Source: Octopus sinensis (taxonomy: Eukaryota). From it: a stretch of 64,000 nt of DNA. Below are positions 52,183-64,000 of the stretch, one piece after another. The notes under the pieces were generated by a model, which worked only from the letters and a program-made list of their open reading frames with translations, ran no database searches and was not told the origin of the DNA. The stretch is from NCBI RefSeq assembly GCF_006345805.1, contig NC_043007.1, positions 26,412,001-26,476,000 of the forward strand. The letters are read 5' to 3'. How positions within the stretch are numbered: the first letter of the stretch is position 1; every line of letters starts with the position of its first letter. A program made the position numbers and the translations under genes.

Positions 52183-52470
52183 GTCGCAAAACGTAAACAA
52201 CATGAAATAAGAAAACAATATAAAAAACGAAGACTAACTTGGGTATGCGAACAACGAGAGAAACAAATAGGAAACAAGACAAATAATCCGAAATTTTATT
52301 TTGGTTCGCAGGAGCAACTACTTTTCGAAGCCTCATCTTGTCGTTGAATACTCGAAATGAAGAGTAGATGGACAGCCGACAACTGATGAAGGGTCGTTCT
52401 TTATGTTACTTGTCTTGCTTCTCATGCGTTTCTCTCGTTATTCGCATATCCAAGCTTGTCTTCCTATTTA
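52183..52470. mobile_element. Interspersed repeat with internal ~45-bp inverted repeats
   Basis: GGGTATGCGAACAACGAGAGAAAC..AAGACAAATAA (~52240-52285) versus TTACTTGTCTT..GTTTCTCTCGTTATTCGCATATCC (~52405-52452). The same start GGGTACAGGAC occurs truncated at ~25270. Confidence 0.5.
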
Positions 52471-52507
52471 ATGCTATTTACGTGTTGTGACGTCCTCTAC
52501 CCATATA

Positions 52508-52566
<59 letters not shown>

Positions 52567-52571
52567 GTGTG

Positions 52572-52720
52572 TGTGTGGTAAGTAGGTTGCTTACCAACCA
52601 AATGGTTCCCGGTTCAGTCCCACTGCGTGACACCTTGGGCAAGTGTTTTCTACTATAGCCTCTGGCCGACCCAATCTTTGTGAGTGGATTTGGTAGACGG
52701 AAACTGAAAGAAGCCCGTCG
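52572..52720 (+). mobile_element. Family C SINE head half
   Basis: GTGTGGTAAGTAGGTTGC..GACACCTTGGGCAAGTGTT..GAAAGAAGCCCGTCG then (TA)n. Confidence 0.85.
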
Positions 52721-52753
<33 letters not shown>

Positions 52754-53258
52754 GTATGCATATGCGTGCACCCAGGTTCAAGTGCAAATATATGCACATA
52801 CATACATACATACAATTGTGTACTATTTAAAAGTATTTATTTCTGTTTAAATATTTTCTTTAAAACTAGAACACATGTATTGATGAGAAGACATGTTGTT
52901 CATATATCCTAACACCTGTGTGTGTTTGTGTGAGAGTATGCGCGTGTGTGTGTGTGAGCGTGTGTGTTTGTGTGAGTGTGTGTGAATATGTGTGAGTGCG
53001 TATGTATGGGAGTGTGTGTTTGTGTGTGTATGCGTGTGTGTGCGTGTTTGTGCGTGTGTTTGTGTCCGCGTTTGTGTTACGGAAAAATTTGCTAAATTCA
53101 TAGCCTTACCTCCTCCTATCCTTTTATTGAATCAACACTTTAAAAACTTTAAATATATCTTTACCATTAAGTATTCATAGTTGTTAATTATCTCCACTTT
53201 GGCAACGATCTGTTATCAGTAGCATTTCAAGTGTGAGCATACTCTCTTTTTAGGAATA

Positions 53259-53650
53259 TCTAGCAGATTCGCCCGGCGTTGCTCGGGTTTGTTTCGATCC
53301 TTTAGAATTGGAATTTTTGAAAAGTAAAAAAATTTGCATCATGTAGCTTGACATTCTCTTTAAGTGAATATTTTTCTGGTTGAAATACACCGACAAATGG
53401 CGACACAGCAGTCAAAAATCGTAAAAAATAGGAATTTTCATAGACAAAAAAGCACCTTTTTGATGTAAATAATTTTTGGTATTAACATGGTCTGATTTGA
53501 ATTTTTCTTCTACGGAAGGAAGAGCAAGCCTTCTTCAATCATACTCTCAATTTGGTCAACTTGTGCCACAGGGTCTCGGGGGAGATAGTGTTAGCTGAAG
53601 GCTACCAAACCTGCTATACACAGACAACTTCAGCTTTATATATATAGAGA
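53259..53650 (+). mobile_element. Helitron-like element with the same termini as 44883 but a different interior
   Basis: CTAGCAGATTCGCCCGGCGTTGCTCGGGTTTGT...GCTTTATATATATAGA. Confidence 0.65.
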
Positions 53651-53852
53651 GATTTAGGATAATATTATCTAATATCGTGTTTCTTCCCCAACACAATATG
53701 AACTGATTTGTGAGCATTCGGTTGCTTTTTTAGCAGGTCAATCCACCAAGATATTCCTTCACAATATACAGAACTGGAATCAATATCACAAGGCATTTTG
53801 TCCAGCGTTGAAACAATTCTACCAACTCGATCACCAAATATATAAGACTGCA

Positions 53853-54061
53853 TTATACTCTTTTACTCTTTTACTTGTTTCAGTCATTTGACTGTGGCCA
53901 TGCTGGAGCACCGCCTTTAGTCGAGCAAATCGACCCCAGGACTTATTCTTTGTAAGCCTAGTGCTTATTCTGTCGGTCTCTTTTGCCGAACCGTTAAATT
54001 ACGGGGGCGCAAGCATTACCAGCATCGGTTGTCAGGCAATGTTGGGCGGACAAACACAGAC

Positions 54062-54119
<58 letters not shown>

Positions 54120-54305
54120 TATATATATATATATATACATACATATATACGACGGGCTTATTTCAGTTTCCGTCTACCAAATCCACTCACAAGGCTTTGG
54201 TCGGCTCGAGGCTATAGAAGACACTTGCCCAAGATGCCACGCAGTTGACTGAACCTAGAACCATGTGGTTGGTAAGCCAGCTACTTACCACACAGCCACT
54301 CCAGC
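53853..54305 (-). mobile_element. Full-length family C SINE with internal (CA)n(TA)n
   Basis: Reverse complement of the 3944-4345 architecture. Confidence 0.88.
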
Positions 54306-54907
54306 ACCTATAAGATACTTATTTGATTTAAAGGAAGTTAGCTGCTATTACTAGCAGATCAAGCTACCATGAATAAGTTCCTTTGTTAGCTGGTGATGAA
54401 ATGTGAGATACTAACAATAGTAGATACAACGCATTCTACAGTATTTCGTTACATTTTTGTATGTGCGAAGATCAAATCCGTCTAGAATTGATTTTTATGT
54501 CTCCTTCTTGGTGGATCGATAAAATGACTGCAGGACAAAAACTGATCAGAACGTGGCTGTAGTTAAGCAGTTGTTTTCTTCTTAGAAGTTGATGTCCTTG
54601 AACAGATATGTATCCATGGCAACTGTCTGTCTAGAGAAGAAATGAAGTTTTATTGTGTCGATTATTTAAGATTTGGAGTTGCAACCCAGAACAGAAGGGA
54701 CAGATCACCTCCTGTAGTGTTACTTCTACATTTTATTGTTCCACTAAGTTCATTCCTCCAGGGTGCAAACCTCGGAAGTGTTTGGAAGTACGGTGTTACC
54801 CAAACGCTGCAATTGTCTTCTTGGCCACTTTGTTATAGAGAGAGTTAATGCTCAGAAGAAAGCTTGGCACACTTTGGAAGCAGTAAATAGAAGAATTCTT
54901 TTCCTTA

Positions 54908-55215
54908 AAGGAGCACTCCGTCTGTTACGACGACGAGGGTCCCAGCTGATACGATCAACAGAACAGCCTGCTCGTGAAATTAACGTGCAAGTGGCTGAGC
55001 ACTCCACAGACACGTGTACCCTTAACGTAGTTCTCAGGGAGATTCAGCGTGACAAGGCCGGCCCTTTGAAATACAGGTACAACTCATTTTTGCCAGCTGA
55101 GTGGACTGGAGCAACATGAAATAAAGTGTCTTGCTCAAGGACACAACGCGTCGCTTGGAATCGAACTCACAATCGTGAGCCGAATGCCCTAACCACTAAG
55201 CCACGCGCCTTCACA
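54908..55215 (-). mobile_element. tRNA-derived SINE with CORE-like segment and possible Nin/Deu-like domain
   Basis: Minus strand: GGCGCGTGGCTTAGTGGTTAGGG head, GTTGTGTCCTTGAGCAAGACACTT, then GTACACGTGTCTGTGGA..TTTCACGAGCA. Domain assignment is from memory. Confidence 0.7.
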
Positions 55216-55463
55216 AATAGAAGAATATCGACTAGATTAATATATCATCTTAGTAGAACAATACTTGAGCTCTTGTTTCACGTAACCAGGTGTGCACAGA
55301 CTCTGAAGACGGGCCCATAAAAAGGATTGTCATCTGGAGCCAAATAAGTCTGGGATTTTAACTGCATGTACTGATATTAAGAACCATTATTATTTTTGCT
55401 TGCATGGGCCCATGCCAGCAGAGCGCCAAGTAAAATGATTTACGATATTTATCATTCAGTCAT

Positions 55464-56040
55464 AAGGCAGCGAGCTGGCAGAAGTGTTAGCACGCCGGGC
55501 GAAATGCGTAGCGGTATTTCATCTGCCGTTACGTTCTGAGTTCAAATTCCGCCTAGGTCGACTTTGCCTTTCATCCTTTCGGGATCGATTAAATAAGTAC
55601 CATTTGCGCACTGGGGTCGATATAATCGACTTAATCCGTTTGTCTGTCTTTGTTTGTCCTCTCTGTGTGTAGCCCCTTGTGTGCAGTAAAGAAATGGGTA
55701 TTTCATCTGTTTTTACGTTCTGAGTTTAAATTCCGCCGAGGTCGACTTTGCCTTTCATCCTTTCGAGGTCGATAAATTAAGTACCAATTGCGTACTGTGG
55801 TCGATCTAATCGACTGGCCCCTTCCCCAAAATTTCAAAAAGTTGGCAGAAATATTATTGTGTTGAAGAAAATGCTTAGCAGGCAGCATTTCTTCCGGTTC
55901 TTTACATCCTGAGTTCAAATTCCAACAAGGTCAGTTTTACCGTTTATCTTTCCGGGATAGATAAAATAATGTACCAGTTAAGTCCTGTCGACTTATCCCT
56001 CTCCTCAAAATTGCTGGCTTTGTACCAAAATTAGAAAGAA
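55464..56040 (+). mobile_element. Nested/tandem SINE cluster (family A inside related SINE bodies)
   Basis: GGTATTTCATCTG duplicated at 55513-55525 and 55697-55709; a third degenerate body follows. Confidence 0.8.
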
Positions 56041-57814
56041 CCTATGTTATTAACTTATATCAGTTTACTTTCAAATTTCGGATATACCCTATTTCAGTTT
56101 TATCTTTTAATACGGGTTGATTTAAAGGAATAATTTCCTTTCTATCAAATTACCGTCATTTTGAAAAATATCGATTACTGCTGTAAGCAAAAACTCACAT
56201 ATTTTGGCGCAGAGTAATCGATGATGTGGCGCCTGCCTTTTAAGCTTTTGTTATTTATATGATCTTCATTGAAGAGATGAAACGCAAATATTATTTCGAC
56301 GGGATTGGAACCCAGATTGTATAGTATAGCATTTATCCCCGACGCTACTGATTCGTTATAAGCCCCTCCCCGAATCGTGACAATATCCTTGATCAGTAAA
56401 AGGGTGAATGGGCTTAATTAGACTCAGACAATGAAGAACCAGCCATATAATTTAAAACATGCCCACACGTACCCACACACGCTTATACGCATAAATGCAT
56501 ATAAATATATATATATATATATATACATATATATATGCATGTATATATACACATATATGTATGTATATATATATTTGTGTATGCAGGTATATATATATAC
56601 AATATAATTTTTATAGATTTTAAATGAAATTTTTTAAATATTTTAAAACATAAATTGTCGCGAAAGTATGTATTTTAAAAAATATGCATAAATATTAAAT
56701 TTGATAAACATGTAATATAAAATAACGAATTTAATTAATTCAACAGAATTGAATAATTAAAAAAAAAACAACAACCACAAAAGCAAAATCATGCCTTCAT
56801 AACAACAAAAAAAAACTATTTCCACGAACCTATGAAAAAACAAAAGCAAATAGACCCCAAGATCAACAAGAAGAACACCAAGAAAAACACTAATGATGGT
56901 TCCACTAACTAAACGCGTACCAAGGTATTTGCCACTCGCATATACACACATTTACATACGCAAGGACATAAAGAAATATGCAGAAATAAAGCTGTCACGA
57001 AATCACCAACCAAAACACTGCAATTTTCTAGACAAGTGCGTTCAAAGCTGGGATGAAATCTTGCATTGTATCTTTGTGCGTTATATGTATTTATGGGAAT
57101 GTGTGTGTATGTATGCGTTAGTTTAGTTATACTTTGATACAGCACGGAAGCGAACTTTGACATCGAACACGTGACTATCTCTGACACTATATAATTCATT
57201 AACCTTTTCGCTTGCCAGCCCCTTTTTCGAATATTAAGGAAAAACACAGAATAATTATAAAAAACAAACAAGTTCATTGTGAAAGCAATGAAAATATTAA
57301 TAAAAAATAGCGTTACATTTTTATAATTATTGGATTGCCAGAATCAGGAAAAATGATGGACAAGAACAAGAGATGGGGTGTATAGAAGTGTACTTTTAGT
57401 ACTGCTTTCGAATCCTCCCGAAGTCAACTTTGGTTTGCATTTTTCTAAAATACCAGTCGCGTATTATGGTCGACTGTAGGGTTTTATCTCACCGTTAAAA
57501 CTACAAACAAGTAAATAAATATATTAAATTTATTTCTGGTTATATTTCTATAGCCAATAAAGCACTTCGAATTGTCAGGTTTGCGCTTCATGTTTCTCAA
57601 GATACTGCTGCTAAAGTAAAAGTAGTAACAGTAGTAGTAGTATTTGTAGTAGTAGTAGTAGTAGTAGTAGTAGTAAAAATCTTCATTGTAGGGAAAGCAA
57701 TAATCCAAGAATTTATAGGATACAAGTTAAAGCTATACATACTTTGTGGATGAGCGTGAACACATACACACACACTTACACACAGACGTATATATATATA
57801 TATATATATATATA

Positions 57815-58039
57815 ATAGAAATATTATATCTCAGAGAGATATAAGCAGTGGTGGTACGATAGAGCAGTTGTATACTGTCAACTTAACTGGATGGGGGTGC
57901 TTGACTCCCCCTTGTAAACATGACACAGGAAATGTGTCAAGGCCGACAGGAAGCGTTGTGGCTTCCTAGGGCTAAACAGTGATGTGTGATTCTCTTTATG
58001 GGATTGTCACGTTAAGTTGACAGTATACAACTGCTCTAT
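57815..58039. mobile_element. Short subterminal-inverted-repeat element in (TA)n
   Basis: Perfect 29-bp inverted repeats ATAGAGCAGTTGTATACTGTCAACTTAAC (57859-57887 / 58011-58039) plus an unpaired left extension. Related to 26214-26760. Confidence 0.8.
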
Positions 58040-58675
58040 ATTTATATGTATATATATATATATATATAATAGATATATATATATATATACATATGCATAC
58101 AAACATATATACATATATATATCATATATATCATGTGTATAAATATATATCTTCAATATCATTTCATAAAATACATATTTATTATGTATTTCAGTAAACA
58201 ATAAACTTCTTTATATTCTCCTCACCCGGAGTGAAGTCTCCATGAGCGGACTACATTTTGTACGCAAGTATGAACAGACGGAATCTCTCATTCGAATTTC
58301 TACTGGGTAAACACTGCCCGATCAAAAATCTTTTCAAGTTCATTGGTTATTTGTGTGTGATATACGCCATTAAAAAAATTCCATTGCTTTCTTCTTGCAC
58401 ATTTATTATCCCTAATAGCTTGATTCTTCCTAGCTTTTTGATACTAATAATATTTTGTTTTCAGCTTGTTTCAGTTGCTCAAAAGGCTCTGTGTTCAAAC
58501 CTTTACGGTAGTGATATTCGCTCTTATTACTACGGCATATGTGTCATTGCCTCTTCATTTTTTGAGTTATTATTCTTCATTTATTCACATTGTATTTTAA
58601 TATTAAATACACATTTCAAACTGCTTTGCAACATTTTAACTTGCAGCTGTCTTGCATTAAATATTCTACAGTTCT

Positions 58676-59041
58676 GTATTTAAGAGATGAGGAATTATGT
58701 ACATTATTTACATTCGACGGGTATTTGTCCTTATCTTGTTTGTTGTTAGCACAACGTTTCGGCTGATATACCCTCCAGCTTTCATCAGGTGACTTGAGGA
58801 AATTTAGAACCTGGATTCTCATTCCTAAGGTATTCTTCGATGTTGTTGTTGTTGTTATTATTATATTATTATTATTATTATTATATTATTATTATTATAT
58901 TATTATTATTATTATTATTATTATTATCGTTCAGGTCACTGCTTGAAATCGAACTCGGAATCTTGGGGTAGTAGCCCGCGCTCTTAATCACTACGCCATA
59001 TTCCCGTAACAACACGTTGTGTTAACAACAAGATGAGGACC
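58676..59041 (-). mobile_element. tRNA-headed, hammerhead-bearing SINE-like element (copy 1)
   Basis: Minus strand: head 59006-58934 (TGGCGTAGTGATTAAG A-box; GAGTTCGATTTC B-box), (AAT)n, hammerhead motif, tail. Confidence 0.7.
58748..58793 (-). ncRNA. Minimal type I hammerhead ribozyme motif (Penelope-type), slightly degenerate
   Basis: RNA sense: GUCAC-CUGAUGA-A-AGCUG-GAGGGUAUAU-CAGCC-GAAAC-GUU-GUGCU. Palindromic ACGU stem III; second copy at 60031-60076. Confidence 0.65.
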
Positions 59042-59100
59042 AGTATATATATATAATATATATATAATATATATATATTATATATATATATATAAATATT

Positions 59101-59156
<56 letters not shown>

Positions 59157-59158
<2 letters not shown>

Positions 59159-59312
59159 GAAAAAAAAAAGACGAAGACAGGTGGTGTACAAAACAAACAG
59201 ATGTATTAGTATAACGCTCAAGAATAGAAAAAGTTTTTACGTTTCGTGCCTACGCTCTTCTACAGAAAGGGACAGAGAAAAAACAAGGAGAGAAAAAAAG
59301 GCGAGAATATAT
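59157..59312 (-). mobile_element. Interspersed repeat with second hammerhead-like motif (duplicate at ~60432-60585)
   Basis: Minus strand TTT-CTGTAGA-A-GAGC-GTAG-GCAC-GAAAC-GTA-AAA at ~59234-59268; homologous to 45490-45620. Confidence 0.5.
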
Positions 59313-59315
59313 ATA

Positions 59316-59355
<40 letters not shown>

Positions 59356-59959
59356 TATTATATATATATATACATATGCATACAAACATATATACATATA
59401 TATATCATATATATCATGTGTATAAATATATATCTTCAATATCATTTCATAAAATACATATTTATTATGTATTTCAGTAAACAATAAACTTCTTTATATT
59501 CTCCTCACCCGGAGTGAAGTCTCCATGAGCGGACTACATTTTGTACGCAAGTATGAACAGACGGAATCTCTCATTCGAATTTCTACTGGGTAAACACTGC
59601 CCGATCAAAAATCTTTTCAAGTTCATTGGTTATTGTGTGTGATATACGCCATTAAAAAAATTCCATTGCTTTCTTCTTGCACATTTATTATCCCTAATAG
59701 CTTGATTCTTCCTAGCTTTTTGATACTAATAATATTTTGTTTTCAGCTTGTTTCAGTTGCTCAAAAGGCTCTGTGTTCAAACCTTTACGGTAGTGATATT
59801 CGCTCTTATTACTACGGCATATGTGTCATTGCCTCTTCATTTTTTGAGTTATTATTCTTCATTTATTCACCATTGTATTTTAATATTAAATACACATTTC
59901 AAACTGCTTTGCAACATTTTAACTTGCAGCTGTCTTGCATTAAATATTCTACAGTTCTG

Positions 59960-60149
59960 TATTTAAGAGATGAGGAATTATGTACATTATTTACATTCGA
60001 CGGGTATTTGTCCTTATCTTGTTTGTTGTTAGCACAACGTTTCGGCTGATATACCCTCCAGCTTTCATCAGGTGACTTGAGGAAATTTAGAACCTGGATT
60101 CTCATTCCTAAGGTATTCTTCGATGTTGTTGTTGTTGTTATTATTATTA

Positions 60150-60203
<54 letters not shown>

Positions 60204-60320
60204 CGTTCAGGTCACTGCTTGAAATCGAACTCGGAATCTTGGGGTTAGTAGCCCGCGCTCTTAATCACTACGCCATATTCCCGTAACAACAACGTTGTGT
60301 TAACAACAAAGATGAGGACC
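59960..60320 (-). mobile_element. tRNA-headed, hammerhead-bearing element (copy 2)
   Basis: Duplicate of 58676-59041. Confidence 0.7.
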
Positions 60321-60377
60321 AGTATATATATATAATATATATATATAATATATATATATTATATATATATATATAAA

Positions 60378-60434
<57 letters not shown>

Positions 60435-60582
60435 GAAAAAAACAAAAGACGAAGACAGGTGGTGTACAAAACAAACAGATGTATTAGTATAACGCTCAAG
60501 AATAGAAAAAGTTTTTACGTTTCGTGCCTACGCTCTTCTACAGAAAGGGACAGAGAAAAAACAAGGAGAGAAAAAAAGGCGA

Positions 60583-60631
<49 letters not shown>

Positions 60632-62339
60632 TATATATATTATATATTGGCAGAATTTAGGCACTAGTTTTCCGTTGCTTTATAAACGTACGTTTTTTAT
60701 GATAATTAAATATCATTTAATAGCTCTGTTTTCCATTTTCCGCTGTTGACGTTCGATATTCCTTCATCGTGTTTGTTCTGCCAGTGTTCTTCCCGCATGC
60801 ATGCCATAAGTCTTCTTATGCATATATACTAAAGGAATATATAGTACAATGATATAAAATCAATATAGAAGTTGCTATCTTAAAGATAGCGTGTTCGCGC
60901 TGAACGCAGTTTTGTGTGACGCATGTTTGCCAAGTTTGCCAAACTTCCTTTGCTTAGGTGTGTATGCAAGAAGTTTTCTCAGTTCAACTCCGGCTTTAGT
61001 ATGAAATATCTTTCCCATTCCGTTTACTTTATCTCTTTGGGGCATGGTTTGAGAAGGAATCGCCAGTTAATTCGAGCAAGACAAGCGACTGCGTAGAGAG
61101 TGACTAGAATATTATAATAAAATCATTGGTAGTGTTGTTGATGTTCAGCCCTAGGTCAGACCTGATTGAGCAGAGCTATGATCAAACGCATTTCAACCAT
61201 GATCATCCAATATTTTTTTTACCCCCAGGAGAAGTGAACCTAGTATCACATTAACATTACCCAGCGTGTATCGGTGCTATATGACGGTGTTTTGACTGCA
61301 ATTTTTAGTAAGTCGAGCGACTACGTACCGGCTCCCTGTTGGTCCTACTGAATTTAATTATGTGGAAAGCTGTTAATTATTCCACTATGATTCTTTGCGT
61401 TATGAGGTAAATTATCGCTCCGCAGCAGAGAGAATTCCTTCTTCAACAACGCCTGGTTAACGTTCCAGTGTTCTGTAAGCGTTTTCCAACAATAACAGGA
61501 AATTCCCACTGAGAGAAAGAAACCACAGCAACAACAACAAGAACATGAACGAAGTAGGAGCTGCAGTAACGATGAGAAACGATATATCATAATTTGATGT
61601 TGTAAAACCAAGTGAAAGCTATATGCACTAGAATATTGCTCGTAAAATGTCTCTCCGATAGTGGTTCCTTTTATTATGTATTTATTACGCAGACCACAAA
61701 GTACAAACCAATTAGAAGTAATTATTAATATGGAACCATTTAGTTCATTATATTGTTGGTTTTTTTTATGTTTATTGTTGTTGTTCATCCTCTGATGTTT
61801 ATATATTTGCATATTGGCTTTTTTAGAAACTTCTCGAGTTTCTACTGAAATACAATAAGTTATATCGATTTCATATATACATACATATATACATGCTCAC
61901 AAAACCATATGTGTGTGTGTGTGTGTATGTGTGTTTGGCAGTTGAAACGGCGTTTAAGTGTTATAGTGTTATATTTTACCCAACATGATTGCCAATCAAG
62001 TGACTGATCGCTTGCCAAAACTACTCTAAGTAATAAGGTTTTTAATTGAACAGGAAGCTGGGTAAGTGATTGAAGGATAGAGGAGAGAGGAAACTGTTTG
62101 TGAGATGAAGACACAGAGAAAGAGAAAAAAGGGGACATATTAGGGGGTAGGAAGGAGGTAAAGAAAAGTGCTACAGAAAATGCAAATGATAGAGAGATGA
62201 GGTGGATAATCACTCTTACAATAGAGAAATGGGAAATAGATTGAGAAAGAGATAGGGAAGATTTTCCCAGATCATTCATGCAGCAAATGACTAAATTAAT
62301 TTGTTCCGAGTGAGGATCGAAACCGTATCGCTAGTAAAG

Positions 62340-62780
62340 GTAATAGTTGTTCTTGTTGTTGTTCAAACCCGCGCTAACCCCGAATGAGCGTATCCATGCT
62401 AGCAAGTATTCAGCCGTTCAAGAATTTCGACCTGCAGGTCTCCATTTCCAGCGATTTCGAGGGTCACCTCCCAGTGGTGTCGGGCATTAACGAAGAGCCC
62501 TCGACTACAACAAGACGACCAAAGTTTTTTTTCCAAGGTCTGGAGTCTCCCGCCCCTAAGACCATCACCTAATCACCCTTACCTGTCTTGTTGCTTAACA
62601 ACAGCAAGTGTTCAAGAGATGACCACTCTGTCTTTCTGTAAAGTATGTTGTAATCTCTATTATTTCAGTCCCTTGTTGTGCAGCACCTTGGTCCATTTTG
62701 GAATGGTTGCTCTTAAACATCAGGTTTTCTTTGTGAAGTGATTGCTAGTCTCTCACTGACCAAGTTCTACATTTCTTGAG
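62340..62780 (-). mobile_element. Possible highly decayed RTE-type LINE 3' end
   Basis: Weak minus-strand echoes of RWFGH, GRPRKTW and AGNRDLWR motifs (RQSGHLL; RPWKK; IAGNGDL) ending in an AAC-rich tail. Confidence 0.3.
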
Positions 62781-62952
62781 TAAAGTATACCGAGAATGGT
62801 CCACAAGCAGCCAATTCAAAGAAAAAATGAAAGAAGAAAAAAGAAAAAGAAGAATAAGGGAGAAGATACAAACTAGTACAAGACTTGTATTTTTATATGA
62901 CGACCCAGGAGGCACGAAAATGTCCGTTTATACTCATGTCAGATTAACTCGT

Positions 62953-63195
62953 GCAGGTGCGTGGCTTAGTGGTTCGGGCGTCAGCATCATGATCTTAAGA
63001 TTGTGGTTTCGATTCCTGGACCGGGCAACGCGTTGTGTTCTTGAGCAAAACACTTCATTTCAAGTTGCTCCAGTCCAGTCAGCTGGCAAAAATGAGTAAC
63101 GCTGTGAAGGACTGGTGATCCGTCCAGCTGGGGAGCATATATGCCATAGAAACCGAGAAACCGAGCCATGAGTCTGGCTAGGCTTTAAAAGGGTG
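62953..63195 (+). mobile_element. tRNA-derived SINE: head/CORE as at 54908, tail as at 43740
   Basis: GGTGCGTGGCTTAGTGGTT..GTTGTGTTCTTGAGCAAAACACTT..GAGTAACGCTGTGAAGGACTGG..ATGAGTCTGGCTAGGC. Confidence 0.8.
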
Positions 63196-63550
63196 CATTT
63201 ATTATTTATTATAAGGTTAACTCACTTATTTTAGCCCACCTCCCCCATCAGACCATTTCCATACATGTCATAAAAAATTGGATTCTAGTTGTTCACAGAT
63301 AATAGATTAACATCTGCGAATTAGGGATCTCTATATAGTTTCTGTCCCGTGTCATTAACCTACACACACACACACACACACACACATATCCATTCCTTTC
63401 GCTGTGTATTAACGCTAACATTAGTTCACTTATTATTGCCTTAACGTCTGTATCATTCCTTTTACTTGAGTATTAAGCCCTATATTGTTTTAATTTACCG
63501 TTCCGTTATGAGACTACATATACTTTCTTTTTCCATAATTTGACACCCTA

Positions 63551-64000
63551 TACATATTTCCTTAGTACCCACAAGGGGCAAAACACAGAGGGAACAAACA
63601 AGGACAGACAAACGGATTAAGTCGATTAGAACGACCCCAGTGCGTAACTGGTACTTAATTTATCGACCCCGGAAGGATGAAAGCAAAGTCGACCTCGGCG
63701 GAATTTGAACTCAGAACGTAACAGCAGACGAAATACGGGCTACGCATTTCGCCCGGCGTGCTAACATTTCTGCCAGCTCGCCACCTTACTAAAAGGCATG
63801 AAAAGCAAAGTCGACATCGTCAGAATTTGAACTCAGAACGTATCGGCAGACGAAATACGGGCTACGCATTTCGCCCGGCGTGCTAACATTTCTGCCAGCT
63901 CGCCGCCTTACTAAAAGGCATGAAAGGCAAAGTCGACATTGTCAGAATTTGAACTCAGAACATAAAGACAGACGAAATGCCGCGAAGCATTTCACCCAGC
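63551..64000 (-). mobile_element. Family A SINE followed by tandem ~121-bp head-region duplications
   Basis: Full copy at 63551-63787; head units at 63788-63908 and 63909 to the window end, each joined by TACTAAAAGGCATGAAA. Confidence 0.85.

Larger units (their letters stand above)
58060..60640 (+). repeat. Near-identical tandem duplication, unit ~1.28 kb, two copies
   Basis: Track ORFs repeat at an offset of 1278-1283; differences are small indels and TA-tract lengths. Confidence 0.95.

Noticed and set aside
52370-52410. CTGATGAAGGG as another hammerhead core
   Set aside because: No downstream stem II closure or GAAAC was found.

Overview
Repeat-saturated animal genomic DNA. The SINE families resemble those I recall from Octopus/cephalopod genomes; this is recognition, not a search result. 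I can support no host protein-coding gene. Almost all ORFs in the track are microsatellite or telomere-repeat read-throughs. Coding remnants: (1) a mariner transposase pseudogene at the left edge; (2) an apparently full-length R4/Dong-clade LINE (RT plus restriction-like endonuclease; 10551-14501, minus) in (TAA)n; (3) a Tx1/L1-clade LINE (AP endonuclease plus RT; 39231-43231, plus) in (CTAT)n. The rest is tRNA-derived SINEs, Helitron-like and inverted-repeat elements, microsatellites and a 2.2-kb degenerate (TTAGGG)n array. Main observations: the dominant SINE shares a ~42-bp 3' tail with the Tx1 LINE, makes ~15-bp TSDs and repeatedly inserts into the heads of related SINEs. The telomeric array splits a single SINE copy in two. 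A tRNA-headed element carries a minimal hammerhead-ribozyme motif and lies inside a 1.28-kb tandem duplication.
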